Positions 52,352 through 61,464 of a stretch of 64,000 bases of DNA are shown here, one piece after another. Origin of the DNA: Alphaproteobacteria bacterium (GTDB taxonomy: Bacteria > Pseudomonadota > Alphaproteobacteria > Bin95); assembly GCA_964291285.2 (NCBI GenBank), contig OZ219785.1, positions 1,152,001 through 1,216,000 of the forward strand, written 5' to 3'. Numbering within the stretch: the first letter of the stretch is position 1; each line of letters opens with the position of its first letter. Position numbers and translations under genes: made by a program. The notes beneath the pieces were generated by a model, which saw only the letters and a program-made list of their open reading frames with translations, made no database searches and was not told where the DNA came from.

Positions 52352-52459
52352 CCCCCTCATCCTGAGTAGCGACCGCGCCAGCGGGCGCGTATCGAAGGAC
52401 CGCCACGCCGGCCGCCGCCCTTCGATACGCCGCTGGCGCGGCTACTCAGGGTGAGGGGG
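52352..52459. repeat. Palindromic REP-like element, copy 2
   Basis: CCCCTCATCCTGAGTAGC ... GCTACTCAGGGTGAGGGG, inner GCGTATCGAAGG/CCTTCGATACGC. Confidence 0.85.
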
Positions 52460-52571
52460 TAGGGGCAACGCCGGAGATATGTGAACCCGGTAGCCCCGCC
52501 AGCCCCGGACCGCGGTCCAGGGCAAGTGGGACGAGGGAATTCCTGGTGGAAGGCCTTCCTCTCCCCGCGCC

Positions 52572-52645
52572 TTCCAGATCGCGATCTTTGGATTTCCAAT
52601 TAGCGGTCTCTTGACTTCCAATCAGCCGATATGGTTGGTTCCAAT
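52572..52645 (+). promoter_or_regulatory. Four phased TTCCA(AT) direct repeats, putative operator
   Basis: Starts at 52572, 52594, 52616 and 52639 (22/22/23-bp spacing). Confidence 0.5.
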
Positions 52646-52665
52646 TGTCTGTGCTTGGAGACGGG

Positions 52666-53886
52666 ATGTTCAAGCGGTTTGTAGAGCGTCGGGCCAACGA
52701 GGCTCTTTCGGATACGCCCGTGGTTCTCATTGTGGGGCCGCGTCGGGCGGGCAAAACGACGCTCGTCAAGAGCATGGAGGACGCCGACCGCACCTATATC
52801 ACGCTCGACGATCAGACAGCACTTGAGGCGGCCCGGTCCGATCCAGCCGGATTCATCCGGGGCCTGGACCGGGCCATCATCGACGAGATTCAGCGCGCGC
52901 CCGACCTGCTCCTGGCGATCAAGAAGACGGTCGACGAAGATTATCGCCCGGGCCGTTTTCTCCTCACGGGCTCGGCCAATGTGCTGACCCTGCCACGGGT
53001 CGCCGACAGTCTGGCCGGCCGGATGGAAACACTCCGGATGCTGCCGCTCGCGCGGGCCGAGGTCGAAGGGGGAACGCCTGGTTTTCTGGAGCACCTGTTC
53101 GAAGGGAAACTGCAAAATCAGCGCAAAGCGGTCGTCGGTGACGATCTCGTCCAGGCCGTTCTGGTCGGCGGGTTTCCCGAAGCAATCGCCCGTAAAAGCG
53201 AGCGGCGGCGGCAGGATTGGGCACGATCCTACCTCACCTCGATTCTCACCCGCGATCTCAGGGACATCGCCGAGATCGAGAAGCTTACCGAGCTTCCGAA
53301 ATTTGTGCGGCTGCTGGCCGAGCATTCCGCCCAACTGGTCAACTACTCGCAATTCGGAGCGAGCATCAATGTCAGCCACAAGACGGGGCAGCGTTATATC
53401 GGGCTGCTTGAACAGGTCTTTCTGATCGCAACGCTGCAGCCCTGGTTCACCAACGCCCTGAAACGTATCGTCAAGACGCCGAAGCTGCATTTCCTCGATT
53501 CCGGCCTGCTGGCGAGCGCGCGCGGCCTGACCTTTGACAGGGTGAAGGCGGATCGCGGGGCATTCGGAGCGCTGCTCGAGAGTTTCGTGTTCTCGGAAGT
53601 GCTCAAGCTGATGACGTCATCGGATCTGCGATTGACGCCGCATCATTTCCGCGACCGGGATATGCGCGAGGTCGACATCGTTCTGGAACGCGACGACGGG
53701 ATGATCGCGGGCATTGAGATCAAGGCAAGCGCCACGGTCAGGTCCGGCGACTTCGCCGGCCTCCGGGCGCTGGCAGAGCCGTGCGGCGATCGTTTCGCTT
53801 TCGGTGTCGTTCTCTATGACAATACGGACGTCGTGCCGTTTGGCGACCGGCTGGTGGCGGCGCCATTGTCCTGTCTGTGGAATTGA
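52666..53886 (+). CDS. AAA_14 + DUF4143 ATP-binding protein
   Basis: GPRRAGKTT, IIDEIQR, FLLTGSA, SLAGR, GGFP, KTPKLHFLDSGL, C-terminal EVD...IEIK. Confidence 0.92.
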   Translation: MFKRFVERRANEALSDTPVVLIVGPRRAGKTTLVKSMEDADRTYITLDDQTALEAARSDPAGFIRGLDRAIIDEIQRAPDLLLAIKKTVDEDYRPGRFLLTGSANVLTLPRVADSLAGRMETLRMLPLARAEVEGGTPGFLEHLFEGKLQNQRKAVVGDDLVQAVLVGGFPEAIARKSERRRQDWARSYLTSILTRDLRDIAEIEKLTELPKFVRLLAEHSAQLVNYSQFGASINVSHKTGQRYIGLLEQVFLIATLQPWFTNALKRIVKTPKLHFLDSGLLASARGLTFDRVKADRGAFGALLESFVFSEVLKLMTSSDLRLTPHHFRDRDMREVDIVLERDDGMIAGIEIKASATVRSGDFAGLRALAEPCGDRFAFGVVLYDNTDVVPFGDRLVAAPLSCLWN

Positions 53887-54099
53887 GCGGATGCGCAGAG
53901 ACTACGGGCGGATAGAACCGGGCGGCGCGATGACGGCATCGGGGGAACAGCGTGGGACTGTATAAGAGGTGGTGCGACGCCGGTCGGAAAAGGGACAAGC
54001 GCAAGCGTTACTGGACCTATGTCGAGAAGGATGGCGGCCGCGACATGGCCATGCGCGGCGACGACTTCATCCGACTCGCTGCTGTTCGTCGCCAACCGC

Positions 54100-54196
54100 C
54101 TTCTGGAGGAGCGGCCGGACCCTAAGCAGGATGCTGATCAAGGCCGGACATGGCCGTGACTACGACGGCGGCAAGCGTCGGAGCCGGTGCCGTTGA
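54100..54196 (+). pseudogene. Possible C-terminal remnant of a thermonuclease (SNase-like)
   Basis: GRTLSRMLIKAGHGRDYDGGKRRSRC resembles SNase-family C-termini. Confidence 0.4.
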
Positions 54197-54221
54197 CGCC
54201 TGCCGCACGAGTATCTAAATT
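54193..54221 (+). promoter_or_regulatory. Putative sigma70 promoter
   Basis: TTGACG-17 bp-TAAATT. Confidence 0.55.
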
Positions 54222-54346
54222 CCCAATACAGTGACCGCTAGATATTGTGGTGGTTCCAAATTGCCAACCGCCGGCGTGAGAGACCGGCGGACACAGTGCG
54301 CGGGGTCTCGTGTTGACCTGAGAGGGCGCACGAAAGGAGAGGCGCC

Positions 54347-54484
54347 ATGGCGACCAGAACCCGCATCATCCGGCGCACGATCTCGAAGGGCGGCGTAAGG
54401 GCGACAGTTCAGGTCAAGACGCAGGTGCAGACCGCCCACAAGCCCGTGGTCGTTATCCGCAAGGTGCAGAAGCGGGTCCGATGA
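54347..54484 (+). CDS. 45-aa basic small protein (absent from the ORF track)
   Basis: AAGGAG RBS; MATRTRIIRRTISKGGVRATVQVKTQVQTAHKPVVVIRKVQKRVR; ATGA overlap with the next gene. Confidence 0.65.
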   Translation: MATRTRIIRRTISKGGVRATVQVKTQVQTAHKPVVVIRKVQKRVR

Positions 54485-54810
54485 TCGACTGGATTCCAAT
54501 GACATGGCACGGTCACGATGGCTTTCCGTATGAAGGGCTCCTCGTGCCTCGCGATGCAGAACTGCCAGCAGAGGCAGCCTGTTACATGTTCGTGAGACAG
54601 ATAGATCACCAACAGAGGTATCAGGTGATCTATGTCGGCGAAACGAGCGATTTGAGCACTCGCTTCGACAGTCACCATGCTATGCCGTGCATTGATGGAC
54701 ATGGTGCTACGCATCTTTGGGTCTACCCCGAAGGTATGGAAGATGAAGATGATCGAAAAGCTGTTGAGGAAGACTTGAAGCAGGGCTGGAATCCGCCCTG
54801 CAACGGATGA
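54481..54810 (+). CDS. Stand-alone GIY-YIG nuclease-like protein
   Basis: ACY...YVGET..L..R...E..L....NP.CN. Confidence 0.75.
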   Translation: MIDWIPMTWHGHDGFPYEGLLVPRDAELPAEAACYMFVRQIDHQQRYQVIYVGETSDLSTRFDSHHAMPCIDGHGATHLWVYPEGMEDEDDRKAVEEDLKQGWNPPCNG

Positions 54811-54922
54811 CGATTGGGTATCGTTTCGCCTTGGAACCTTTGATTAAACACCTAACAAGAAGCCGCCGACGACTAGTTCATTCTCGGGAAAACCGTGGAT
54901 CATCGGAGTGTAGGAGAAGAAG

Positions 54923-55129
54923 ATGAGCTTCGACGAAGAGTTTCGCGCGTTGTGTGAACGACATGGCCGCACAGACCTCTTGACTCTCTTGGATACGGCA
55001 ACGCCTCTTGCTCAGGATAAGATGGGTATAATTGAGCGTCAAAGCCCAGCAACATACTATCGTATCTTGAAGCCTGCTGTTGCCTTGGCAATAGCCGTCT
55101 GGGGAGCAGATGACGCATGGAGAGCGTAG
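54923..55129 (+). CDS. Hypothetical protein, 68 aa
   Basis: AGGAG RBS, protein-like composition. Confidence 0.55.
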   Translation: MSFDEEFRALCERHGRTDLLTLLDTATPLAQDKMGIIERQSPATYYRILKPAVALAIAVWGADDAWRA

Positions 55130-55249
55130 GGAATAGTCGGATAGGCTATAGAGGAGTGACCGACGACGAGAGGCGCGCGTGGGATCTCCACCTGGAGCAC
55201 GCCTTAGCGGCGTTCATCATTGACTTTCAAACCTACAAGGATCCAGACC

Positions 55250-55423
55250 ATGACGCGTATTTCTCCTGAATGCCTGAGCCAAGTCCGCAAAGCACTCAAG
55301 GCTTATCGTGAAGAGGTCGAGGCCACGAACCTAACGCACGATACCAAGGGAACCTATCTGCGGCACGCCGAATCATTCGTGCGTTGGCTCGACGGCGATT
55401 TTGAGCCTGGAAGCAAGGTTTAG
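55250..55423 (+). CDS. Small protein resembling an integrase SAM-like (core-binding) helix pair
   Basis: L..Y...V....L...TK.TYLRHAESFVRWL; AAGGA RBS. Confidence 0.55.
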   Translation: MTRISPECLSQVRKALKAYREEVEATNLTHDTKGTYLRHAESFVRWLDGDFEPGSKV

Positions 55424-56204
55424 GTCCTGTGGACGGATTTGATCAAGATGAAGGCAGCGGCGAGTGCGACGAAGGAGCTGAAGTTTGTGGCGGTCTTTTC
55501 GCAGCGCAGGGCGATGCGTTTGAAGCGTTTGAGCTTGCCGACGGCCTGTTCGATGCGCGCCCGTCCTCTGTAGAGCGCGCTTGCGAAGCGCTTTGGCCTG
55601 TTTTTGATGTTCTTCCGGTAGGGAATGACGGTCAGGGCGCCTCTTTTCCGGGCGAGTTGGCGGTTTCCGGCGCTGTCATAGCCCTTGTCGGCGACGATGG
55701 CGCGGGGCCGGACATCGGGGCCGATGTCCATCAGGGTCTCGAAATGCGGACTGTCGGCTGCCTCGCCGCCGGTCAGGTCGAAGGCGATCGGCAGGCCGTC
55801 GAAATCGGTCTTCAGGTGGATTTTGGTGCTGAAACCGCCCCGCGAGCGTCCAAGCGCCTGACCCTGCTGCCCCCTTTTGCGCCGGCCGCCGATACATGCG
55901 CGCGGGTCACGGTCGAATCGAACATCTGAACCAGGTGCGCCGTGCTGCTCAAATCCGCCAGCGTGGCGAAAAAGTCCTCGAACACCCCTGAACGGCTCAG
56001 ACGGTGAAAACGCCGCCATACCGTATTCCAGTGCCCGAACCGCTCCGGCAGCGCCCGCCAGGTGATGTTGTGAACCGCAAAGAAGTGCAGCGCCTCCAGA
56101 AACAGACGGTCGTCCTTCGCCTTCGCACCCCGCCTCGGAAGGCAAAGCCGGAAAACCTCCAGCGCAACCTCCCAGTCTCCATTCGTCATCTTCGTCGACA
56201 TCAA
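55420..56204 (-). CDS. IS5 transposase, orfA/orfB joined by programmed frameshift
   Basis: orfA 55812-56204 (WRALPERFGHWNTVWRRF, DST), slippery AAAAGGGGG near 55875, orfB GRSRGGFSTKIH, ADKGYD, RIEQAVGKLK. Confidence 0.88.
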
Positions 56205-56297
56205 CGAAACCCCCGAATCGCCGACGCCTCATGATTCAGACAAATCCTCGCACGGGAATCCCTGAACACGCTCCTGAGTCAATACGTCCACAGGGCC
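55423..56297 (-). mobile_element. IS5 family (IS427 group) insertion sequence
   Basis: IRs GGTCCTGTGGAC / GTCCACAGGGCC, TA duplication. Confidence 0.9.
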
Positions 56298-56303
56298 TAG
56301 GAC

Positions 56304-56936
56304 ATGGTTGACGATCCTTACACCAGATACCGGCAAGATGATTTGCGCGGTCGGACGATCGATACATTGATCGGAATCGGCAAGGGGATCATCGCAGATG
56401 GCCATGTGAACCAGTCCGAAGCCGAAGCTCTACTCACTTTTTTGCGCGAGAGTGATGAGGCTTATCTAGATCATCCAATGACTGATGGCCTGCTTGACCG
56501 TGTCACAGACATGCTTCAGGACGGCGTCCTTGATGATGAAGAGTCGCAGGAGCTACATGATCTGCTGGCCAAAATCTCGGGCGGCATATCCAAATGGGGC
56601 GAAATATCAAGGCCGGCCACACTGCCTCTCGACGACCCGGCGCCTGCTTTGGTTTTCAAGGACAGATCGTTCCTGTTCACCGGCATCTTCATGTATGGAG
56701 CCAGACCGGCATGCCACCGGGCTACACAGGCGCGAGGTGGGACTGTGCATAAAGCCGTCACGCGACGGCTGGATTACCTCGTTATCGGCAGCTATGCGAC
56801 GGCCGCATGGAAGCATCAAAGCTTCGGCACCAAGATCGAGAAGGCCATGAATTACCGGAACAGTGGCAAGAGCGGCTTGGCCATCATCGCAGAAGAACAC
56901 TGGGAAAGATTCCTGACGGCGGAAAAGTCAAATTGA
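56304..56936 (+). CDS. BRCT-domain protein with TerB-like N-terminus
   Basis: GIIADGHVNQSE, DGVLDDEE; FLFTG, RGG, LDYLVIG, GTKIEKA, IIAEEHW. Confidence 0.85.
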   Translation: MVDDPYTRYRQDDLRGRTIDTLIGIGKGIIADGHVNQSEAEALLTFLRESDEAYLDHPMTDGLLDRVTDMLQDGVLDDEESQELHDLLAKISGGISKWGEISRPATLPLDDPAPALVFKDRSFLFTGIFMYGARPACHRATQARGGTVHKAVTRRLDYLVIGSYATAAWKHQSFGTKIEKAMNYRNSGKSGLAIIAEEHWERFLTAEKSN

Positions 56937-57257
56937 GTCACTATTGAACAATGGCCCAAGGAACGAATTTCTATTTTCTGCCATATCATGTGCGTATCTT
57001 GGCGCTAGGAGAAGTAGCGTGAGCAGAAAGTGATCCTGTTTCTTCTTGGAGTGCTGTAGGGATAGGACGCGAATAGCGGCAACTTCATAGAGCGCCAATC
57101 CTATTGAAACGCAAACCACAAGATGGCGTACTTTGTAGCTGTTCTTTCGGTGCGAAGTTAATGGGCAATATCCAGAAAGGGGATATTGATGAACGCGCTG
57201 ACGGTACAGTGAGTAGAGTGTGGCTCTATCAGGACGGCTGCGATCCCAACAGGTCAA

Positions 57258-57582
57258 CCGCCCTCCGGGCCTCCGGGAAGGCTGCATGCAGGACATCCAC
57301 TGGTCGGGCGGCTCCTTCGGCTATTTCCCCACCTACACGCTCGGCGCGCTGATGGCGGCCCAGCTTGCCGAGGCCATGCGCGCGGCGCTGCCCGGCCTCG
57401 ACCGGGAGATCGAGGGGGGCGATTTCAGGCCTCTGGTGGGCTGGCTCAAAGAGCATGTCCACGGCCGGGGCTGCTTCGATGCGTCCTCGGACGACCTCGT
57501 GGAGCAGGCGACGGGCCGGCCGCTCGACACCGGTGCCTTCATCCGCCACATCGGCAACCACTACTCCGGCTGACGGCCCGCC
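57258..57582 (+). pseudogene. Orphan 3' fragment of the M32 carboxypeptidase (direct repeat B)
   Basis: EGCMQDIHWSGGSFGYFPTYTLG...stop at 57571-57573, no 5' part. Confidence 0.92.
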
Positions 57583-57667
57583 CCGGCAGCGGTTTCCGTC
57601 CGGGACGGAAAGGCGGTAGATTGGGACCGTCCGGCGGTGCGCCGCCAAACCGGGGAGGATTCACGAC

Positions 57668-58852
57668 ATGAGGAAAACCGCGCTTGCGCTGGCGGCTGCC
57701 GCCGCGCTGCTGGCGTCGCCGTCTTTCGGCGCCGACAAGGTGAAGATCGGCTTCGTTACCACCGTCACCACGCCCGCGGGCGTCATCGGGCGCGACATGG
57801 TCGATGCCGTCAATCTCGCCATGCAGGACATCGGCGGCAAGATGGGCGGCCTCGAGGTCGAGCTGATCATCGAGGACGACGGCTTCAAGCCGGAGACCGG
57901 CAAGCAGAAGACCGACAAGCTGGTCAAGCAGGACGACGTGCATTTCGTCGCCGGGTTCATCTGGTCGCATGTGCTGCTCGCCTCGCGCAAGTCGGCGCTC
58001 GACGGCGGCAAATTCCTCATCAGCTCCAATGCCGGCCCCTCGCAGATCGCCGGCAAGCTCTGCCACGAGAACTTCTTCTCCACCTCCTGGCAGAACGACC
58101 AGACGCCGATGGCGATGGGCGAGGTGCTGAACCAGCGGGGCGTCAAGTCGCTCTACGTGATGGCGCCCAACTACGCCGCCGGCAAGAACATGGTCTCCGG
58201 CGTCGAGCGCACCTTCAAGGGCGAGATCCTCGGCAAGGACATGACCAAGTGGGGCAAGGACGCCCAGCTCGACTTCTCCGCCGAACTCGCCAAGGCCAAG
58301 GCCTCCGGCGCGGACGGCATCTTCGTGTTCTATCCGGGCAAGGCGGGCGGCGCCTTCATCAAGCAGTACCAGCAGGCCGGCCTGCAGGGCGAAATCGCGC
58401 TCTACACCGTGTTCACCGTCGACTCGATCGCGCTGCCGAACCTGCAGAAGGCCGGCATGTCGGGCGTGCTCGGCTCGCTGAACACGCAGTTCTGGGGCCC
58501 CGACCTCGACACGCCGCAGAACAGGAAGTTCGTCTCCGGCTTCAAGGAGGCTTACGGGCGCTACCCGTCCTTCTACGCCGCGCAGTCCTACGACACGATC
58601 TTCCTCATCAAGAGCGCGGTCGAGGCGGTCGGCGGGAACCTGGACGACATGGACGGGATGCGCGCGGCCATGATGAAGGCCGACTTCCCCTCCGTGCGCG
58701 GGCCGTTCCGCTACGGCAACAACCACTTCCCGATCCAGAACTTCTACCTGCGGCAGGTGGTCGAGGATGCCGACGGCGTGTGGACGACGACGGTGGTCGA
58801 TACCGTGCTGAAGGACCATCAGGACGTCTACGCCGCCGAGTGCAAGATGTAG
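57668..58852 (+). CDS. Liv-type ABC transporter substrate-binding protein
   Basis: Signal peptide, VKIGF, EDDGFKP, SNAGP, APNYAAG. Confidence 0.92.
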   Translation: MRKTALALAAAAALLASPSFGADKVKIGFVTTVTTPAGVIGRDMVDAVNLAMQDIGGKMGGLEVELIIEDDGFKPETGKQKTDKLVKQDDVHFVAGFIWSHVLLASRKSALDGGKFLISSNAGPSQIAGKLCHENFFSTSWQNDQTPMAMGEVLNQRGVKSLYVMAPNYAAGKNMVSGVERTFKGEILGKDMTKWGKDAQLDFSAELAKAKASGADGIFVFYPGKAGGAFIKQYQQAGLQGEIALYTVFTVDSIALPNLQKAGMSGVLGSLNTQFWGPDLDTPQNRKFVSGFKEAYGRYPSFYAAQSYDTIFLIKSAVEAVGGNLDDMDGMRAAMMKADFPSVRGPFRYGNNHFPIQNFYLRQVVEDADGVWTTTVVDTVLKDHQDVYAAECKM

Positions 58853-58871
58853 CCCAGGAGCCGGCCCGCCC

Positions 58872-59795
58872 ATGGATGCGGGTCTCGTCGCCGCGCAACT
58901 GCTGAACGGGCTCCAGCTCGGAGTGCTGCTGTTCCTGCTCGCCTCCGGGCTGACGCTCATCTTCGGCATCATGGACTTCGTCAACCTGGCGCACGGCTCG
59001 CTCTACATGGTGGGCGCCTATTTCTGCGCCACGCTGACGGATGCCACCGGCTCCTTCCTGCTGGCGGTGGCGCTGGCGCTGCCGGCCACGGCGCTGGTCG
59101 GGGCTGCGGTCGAGCTTCTGGTGGTGCGCCGCCTCTACCGCCGCGACCATCTCGACCATGTGCTGGCCACCTTCGGGCTGATCCTCTGCTTCGACACGCT
59201 GGTGCAGATCCTCTGGGGGCCGGAGGGCATGGCGATCCGCCTGCCGGCCTGGGCGGACGGGCAGCAGCACCTGCCGGGCGGACTGGTGTTCCCGACCTAC
59301 CGGCTGCTGATCATCGGGGCCGGGCTGGCCGTGGCCGCCGGGCTCTATGTGCTGGTCACGAAGACGCGGCTCGGCATGCGCATCCGGGCGGGCGCCTCCA
59401 ACCCCGCCATGGCCGGCGCGCTCGGCATCGATATCGGCCTCCTGTTCACGCTGGTGTTCGCGCTCGGGGCGGTGATGGCGGGGCTCGCCGGCATGATGAT
59501 CGCGCCGATCACCGAGGCCTCCATCGGCATGGGCAACGAGATCATCATCACGGCCTTCGTCGTCGTCATCGTGGGCGGCATCGGGTCGATCCGGGGCGCC
59601 TTCGTGGCGGCGCTGCTGATCGGGCTGATCGACACGATGGGCCGGTCCTTCCTCGACATGGGCCTCAAGCTGCTGATGAGCGCGCAGGCGGCGGAAACCT
59701 CCGCGCCGGCGCTCTCGGCAATGCTGATCTACATCCTGATGGCGTCCGTGCTGGCGTTCCGTCCGCAGGGCCTGTTCCCGCCGAAGGCGCGATGA
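58872..59795 (+). CDS. Liv-type ABC permease (LivH-like)
   Basis: GLTLIFG.M.FVNLAHG, TRLGMRIRA, IVGGIGS. Confidence 0.93.
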   Translation: MDAGLVAAQLLNGLQLGVLLFLLASGLTLIFGIMDFVNLAHGSLYMVGAYFCATLTDATGSFLLAVALALPATALVGAAVELLVVRRLYRRDHLDHVLATFGLILCFDTLVQILWGPEGMAIRLPAWADGQQHLPGGLVFPTYRLLIIGAGLAVAAGLYVLVTKTRLGMRIRAGASNPAMAGALGIDIGLLFTLVFALGAVMAGLAGMMIAPITEASIGMGNEIIITAFVVVIVGGIGSIRGAFVAALLIGLIDTMGRSFLDMGLKLLMSAQAAETSAPALSAMLIYILMASVLAFRPQGLFPPKAR

Positions 59796-60715
59796 GCCGG
59801 GCGGTCGGCTGGGCGCTGCTGGCCGCGCTGGCGGCCGGGCCGCCGCTGGCGCTCGCGGCCGGCCAGCCCTTCTATGTCGATATCCTGACGCGCCTCGTCT
59901 GCCTGGCCGCGGCCGCCACCTCGCTCAACCTCATCCTCGGCCATGGCGGCATGATCAGCTTCGGCCACGCCGCCTATATCGGCATCGGCGCCTATGCGGT
60001 CGGCATCCCGGCCTACTATGAAATCCATGACGGCTGGCTGCATATCCTGCTCGCCGTTGCATTTTCCTCCCTGTTCGCGCTCGCCACGGGCGCGATCGCG
60101 CTGCGCACGCGCGGCGTCTATTTCATCATGATCACGATGGCGTTCGCGCAGATGGTGTTCTTCGCCGTGGTCAGCATCGAGGAATATGGCGGCGATGACG
60201 GGCTGGTGATCGACATCCGCTCGGAGTTCCCGCTGGTCGATCTGGAGGACAGCCTCACCCTCTACTATGCGTGTTTCGCGGTCCTGCTCGGCACGCTCTA
60301 CCTGGTGCACCGGCTCGTGCGGTCGCGCTTCGGCATGGTGATCGAGGGCGCCAGGGGCAATGAACGCCGCATGGCTTCGCTCGGCTTCGCGTTCTACCGC
60401 CACCGCCTCGCCGCCTACACGCTGGCCGGCGCGCTCTGCGGCCTCAGCGGCGCCATGCTCGGCAATTTCACCAATTTCATCAGCCCCGAGATGATGGACT
60501 GGACGCGCTCGGGCGAGCTGATCTTCATGGTGGTGCTGGGCGGGACCGGCGCGCTGTTCGGGCCGCTGATGGGCGCGGCCGCCTTCCTGCTGCTGGAGGA
60601 GCTGCTGTCCGGCTGGACGATCTACTGGCAGCTTCCCTTCGGGCTGCTGCTCATCCTGGTCGTGCTGTTCGCGCGCGGCGGGCTCGCGGGGCTGCTGGAG
60701 GGGCGCCGTGGCTGA
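59792..60715 (+). CDS. Liv-type ABC permease (LivM-like)
   Basis: SFGHAA, GVYFIMIT.AF, GGDDG, MVVLGG.G. Confidence 0.92.
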   Translation: MSRAVGWALLAALAAGPPLALAAGQPFYVDILTRLVCLAAAATSLNLILGHGGMISFGHAAYIGIGAYAVGIPAYYEIHDGWLHILLAVAFSSLFALATGAIALRTRGVYFIMITMAFAQMVFFAVVSIEEYGGDDGLVIDIRSEFPLVDLEDSLTLYYACFAVLLGTLYLVHRLVRSRFGMVIEGARGNERRMASLGFAFYRHRLAAYTLAGALCGLSGAMLGNFTNFISPEMMDWTRSGELIFMVVLGGTGALFGPLMGAAAFLLLEELLSGWTIYWQLPFGLLLILVVLFARGGLAGLLEGRRG

Positions 60716-61463
60716 CGAACCGCTGCTCCGGGTCGAGGACCTGCAGAAGAGCTTCGGCGGCGTCGCCGCCGTCGATGGCGTGTCGATGGAGGTGCGCCGC
60801 GGCGAGGTCCATGCCGTGATCGGGCCGAACGGGGCCGGCAAGACGACCCTGATCTCGCTGCTCGCGGGGGAATTGCGGCCGGACCGGGGCCGCGTCCTGT
60901 TCGACGGGCGCGACATCGCCCGCAGGCCGGCTCATGCCCGGGCGAGGCTCGGTTTTGCGCGCTCGTTCCAGATCACCAGCGTCGTGCCCGGGATGCGGGT
61001 GGTGGACAATGCGATGCTGGCGGTGCTCGCGCGGGACGGGCGGAGCTTCCGCTTCTGGCGCCCGGCGAGGAACGACCCGGCGCTCATCCGGCCGGCCATG
61101 GCGGCGCTCGAACGGGTCGGTCTCGCCGGGGTGGCCGAAGAGCGGGCGGGCGCCGTCAGCCATGGCGAGCACCGCCAGCTCGAAATCGCGATGACGCTCG
61201 CGGCGGAACCGGAACTGCTGCTGCTGGACGAGCCGATGGCGGGCATGAGCGCGGAGGAAAGCCGGCGCATGACCGGCATCCTCGAACGCCTGAAGGGCGA
61301 GAAGACCATGCTGCTGGTCGAGCATGACATGGATGTCGTGTTCGCGCTCGCCGACCGGATCAGCGTGCTGGTGGGCGGGCGCATCGCCGCGTCGGGAGCC
61401 CCGGCGGCCGTGCGCGCCGACGAGGCCGTGCGCCGCGCCTATCTCGGCGACGAGGCGGCCTGA
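60708..61463 (+). CDS. Liv-type ABC ATPase (LivG-like)
   Basis: GPNGAGKTT, RSFQIT, LLLDEP.AG, VEHDM. Confidence 0.94.
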   Translation: MADEPLLRVEDLQKSFGGVAAVDGVSMEVRRGEVHAVIGPNGAGKTTLISLLAGELRPDRGRVLFDGRDIARRPAHARARLGFARSFQITSVVPGMRVVDNAMLAVLARDGRSFRFWRPARNDPALIRPAMAALERVGLAGVAEERAGAVSHGEHRQLEIAMTLAAEPELLLLDEPMAGMSAEESRRMTGILERLKGEKTMLLVEHDMDVVFALADRISVLVGGRIAASGAPAAVRADEAVRRAYLGDEAA

Positions 61464-61464
61464 C

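Noticed and set aside
56937-57257. Gene in the AT-rich tract before repeat B
   Set aside because: Only short ORFs without a credible start or motif; probably decayed foreign DNA
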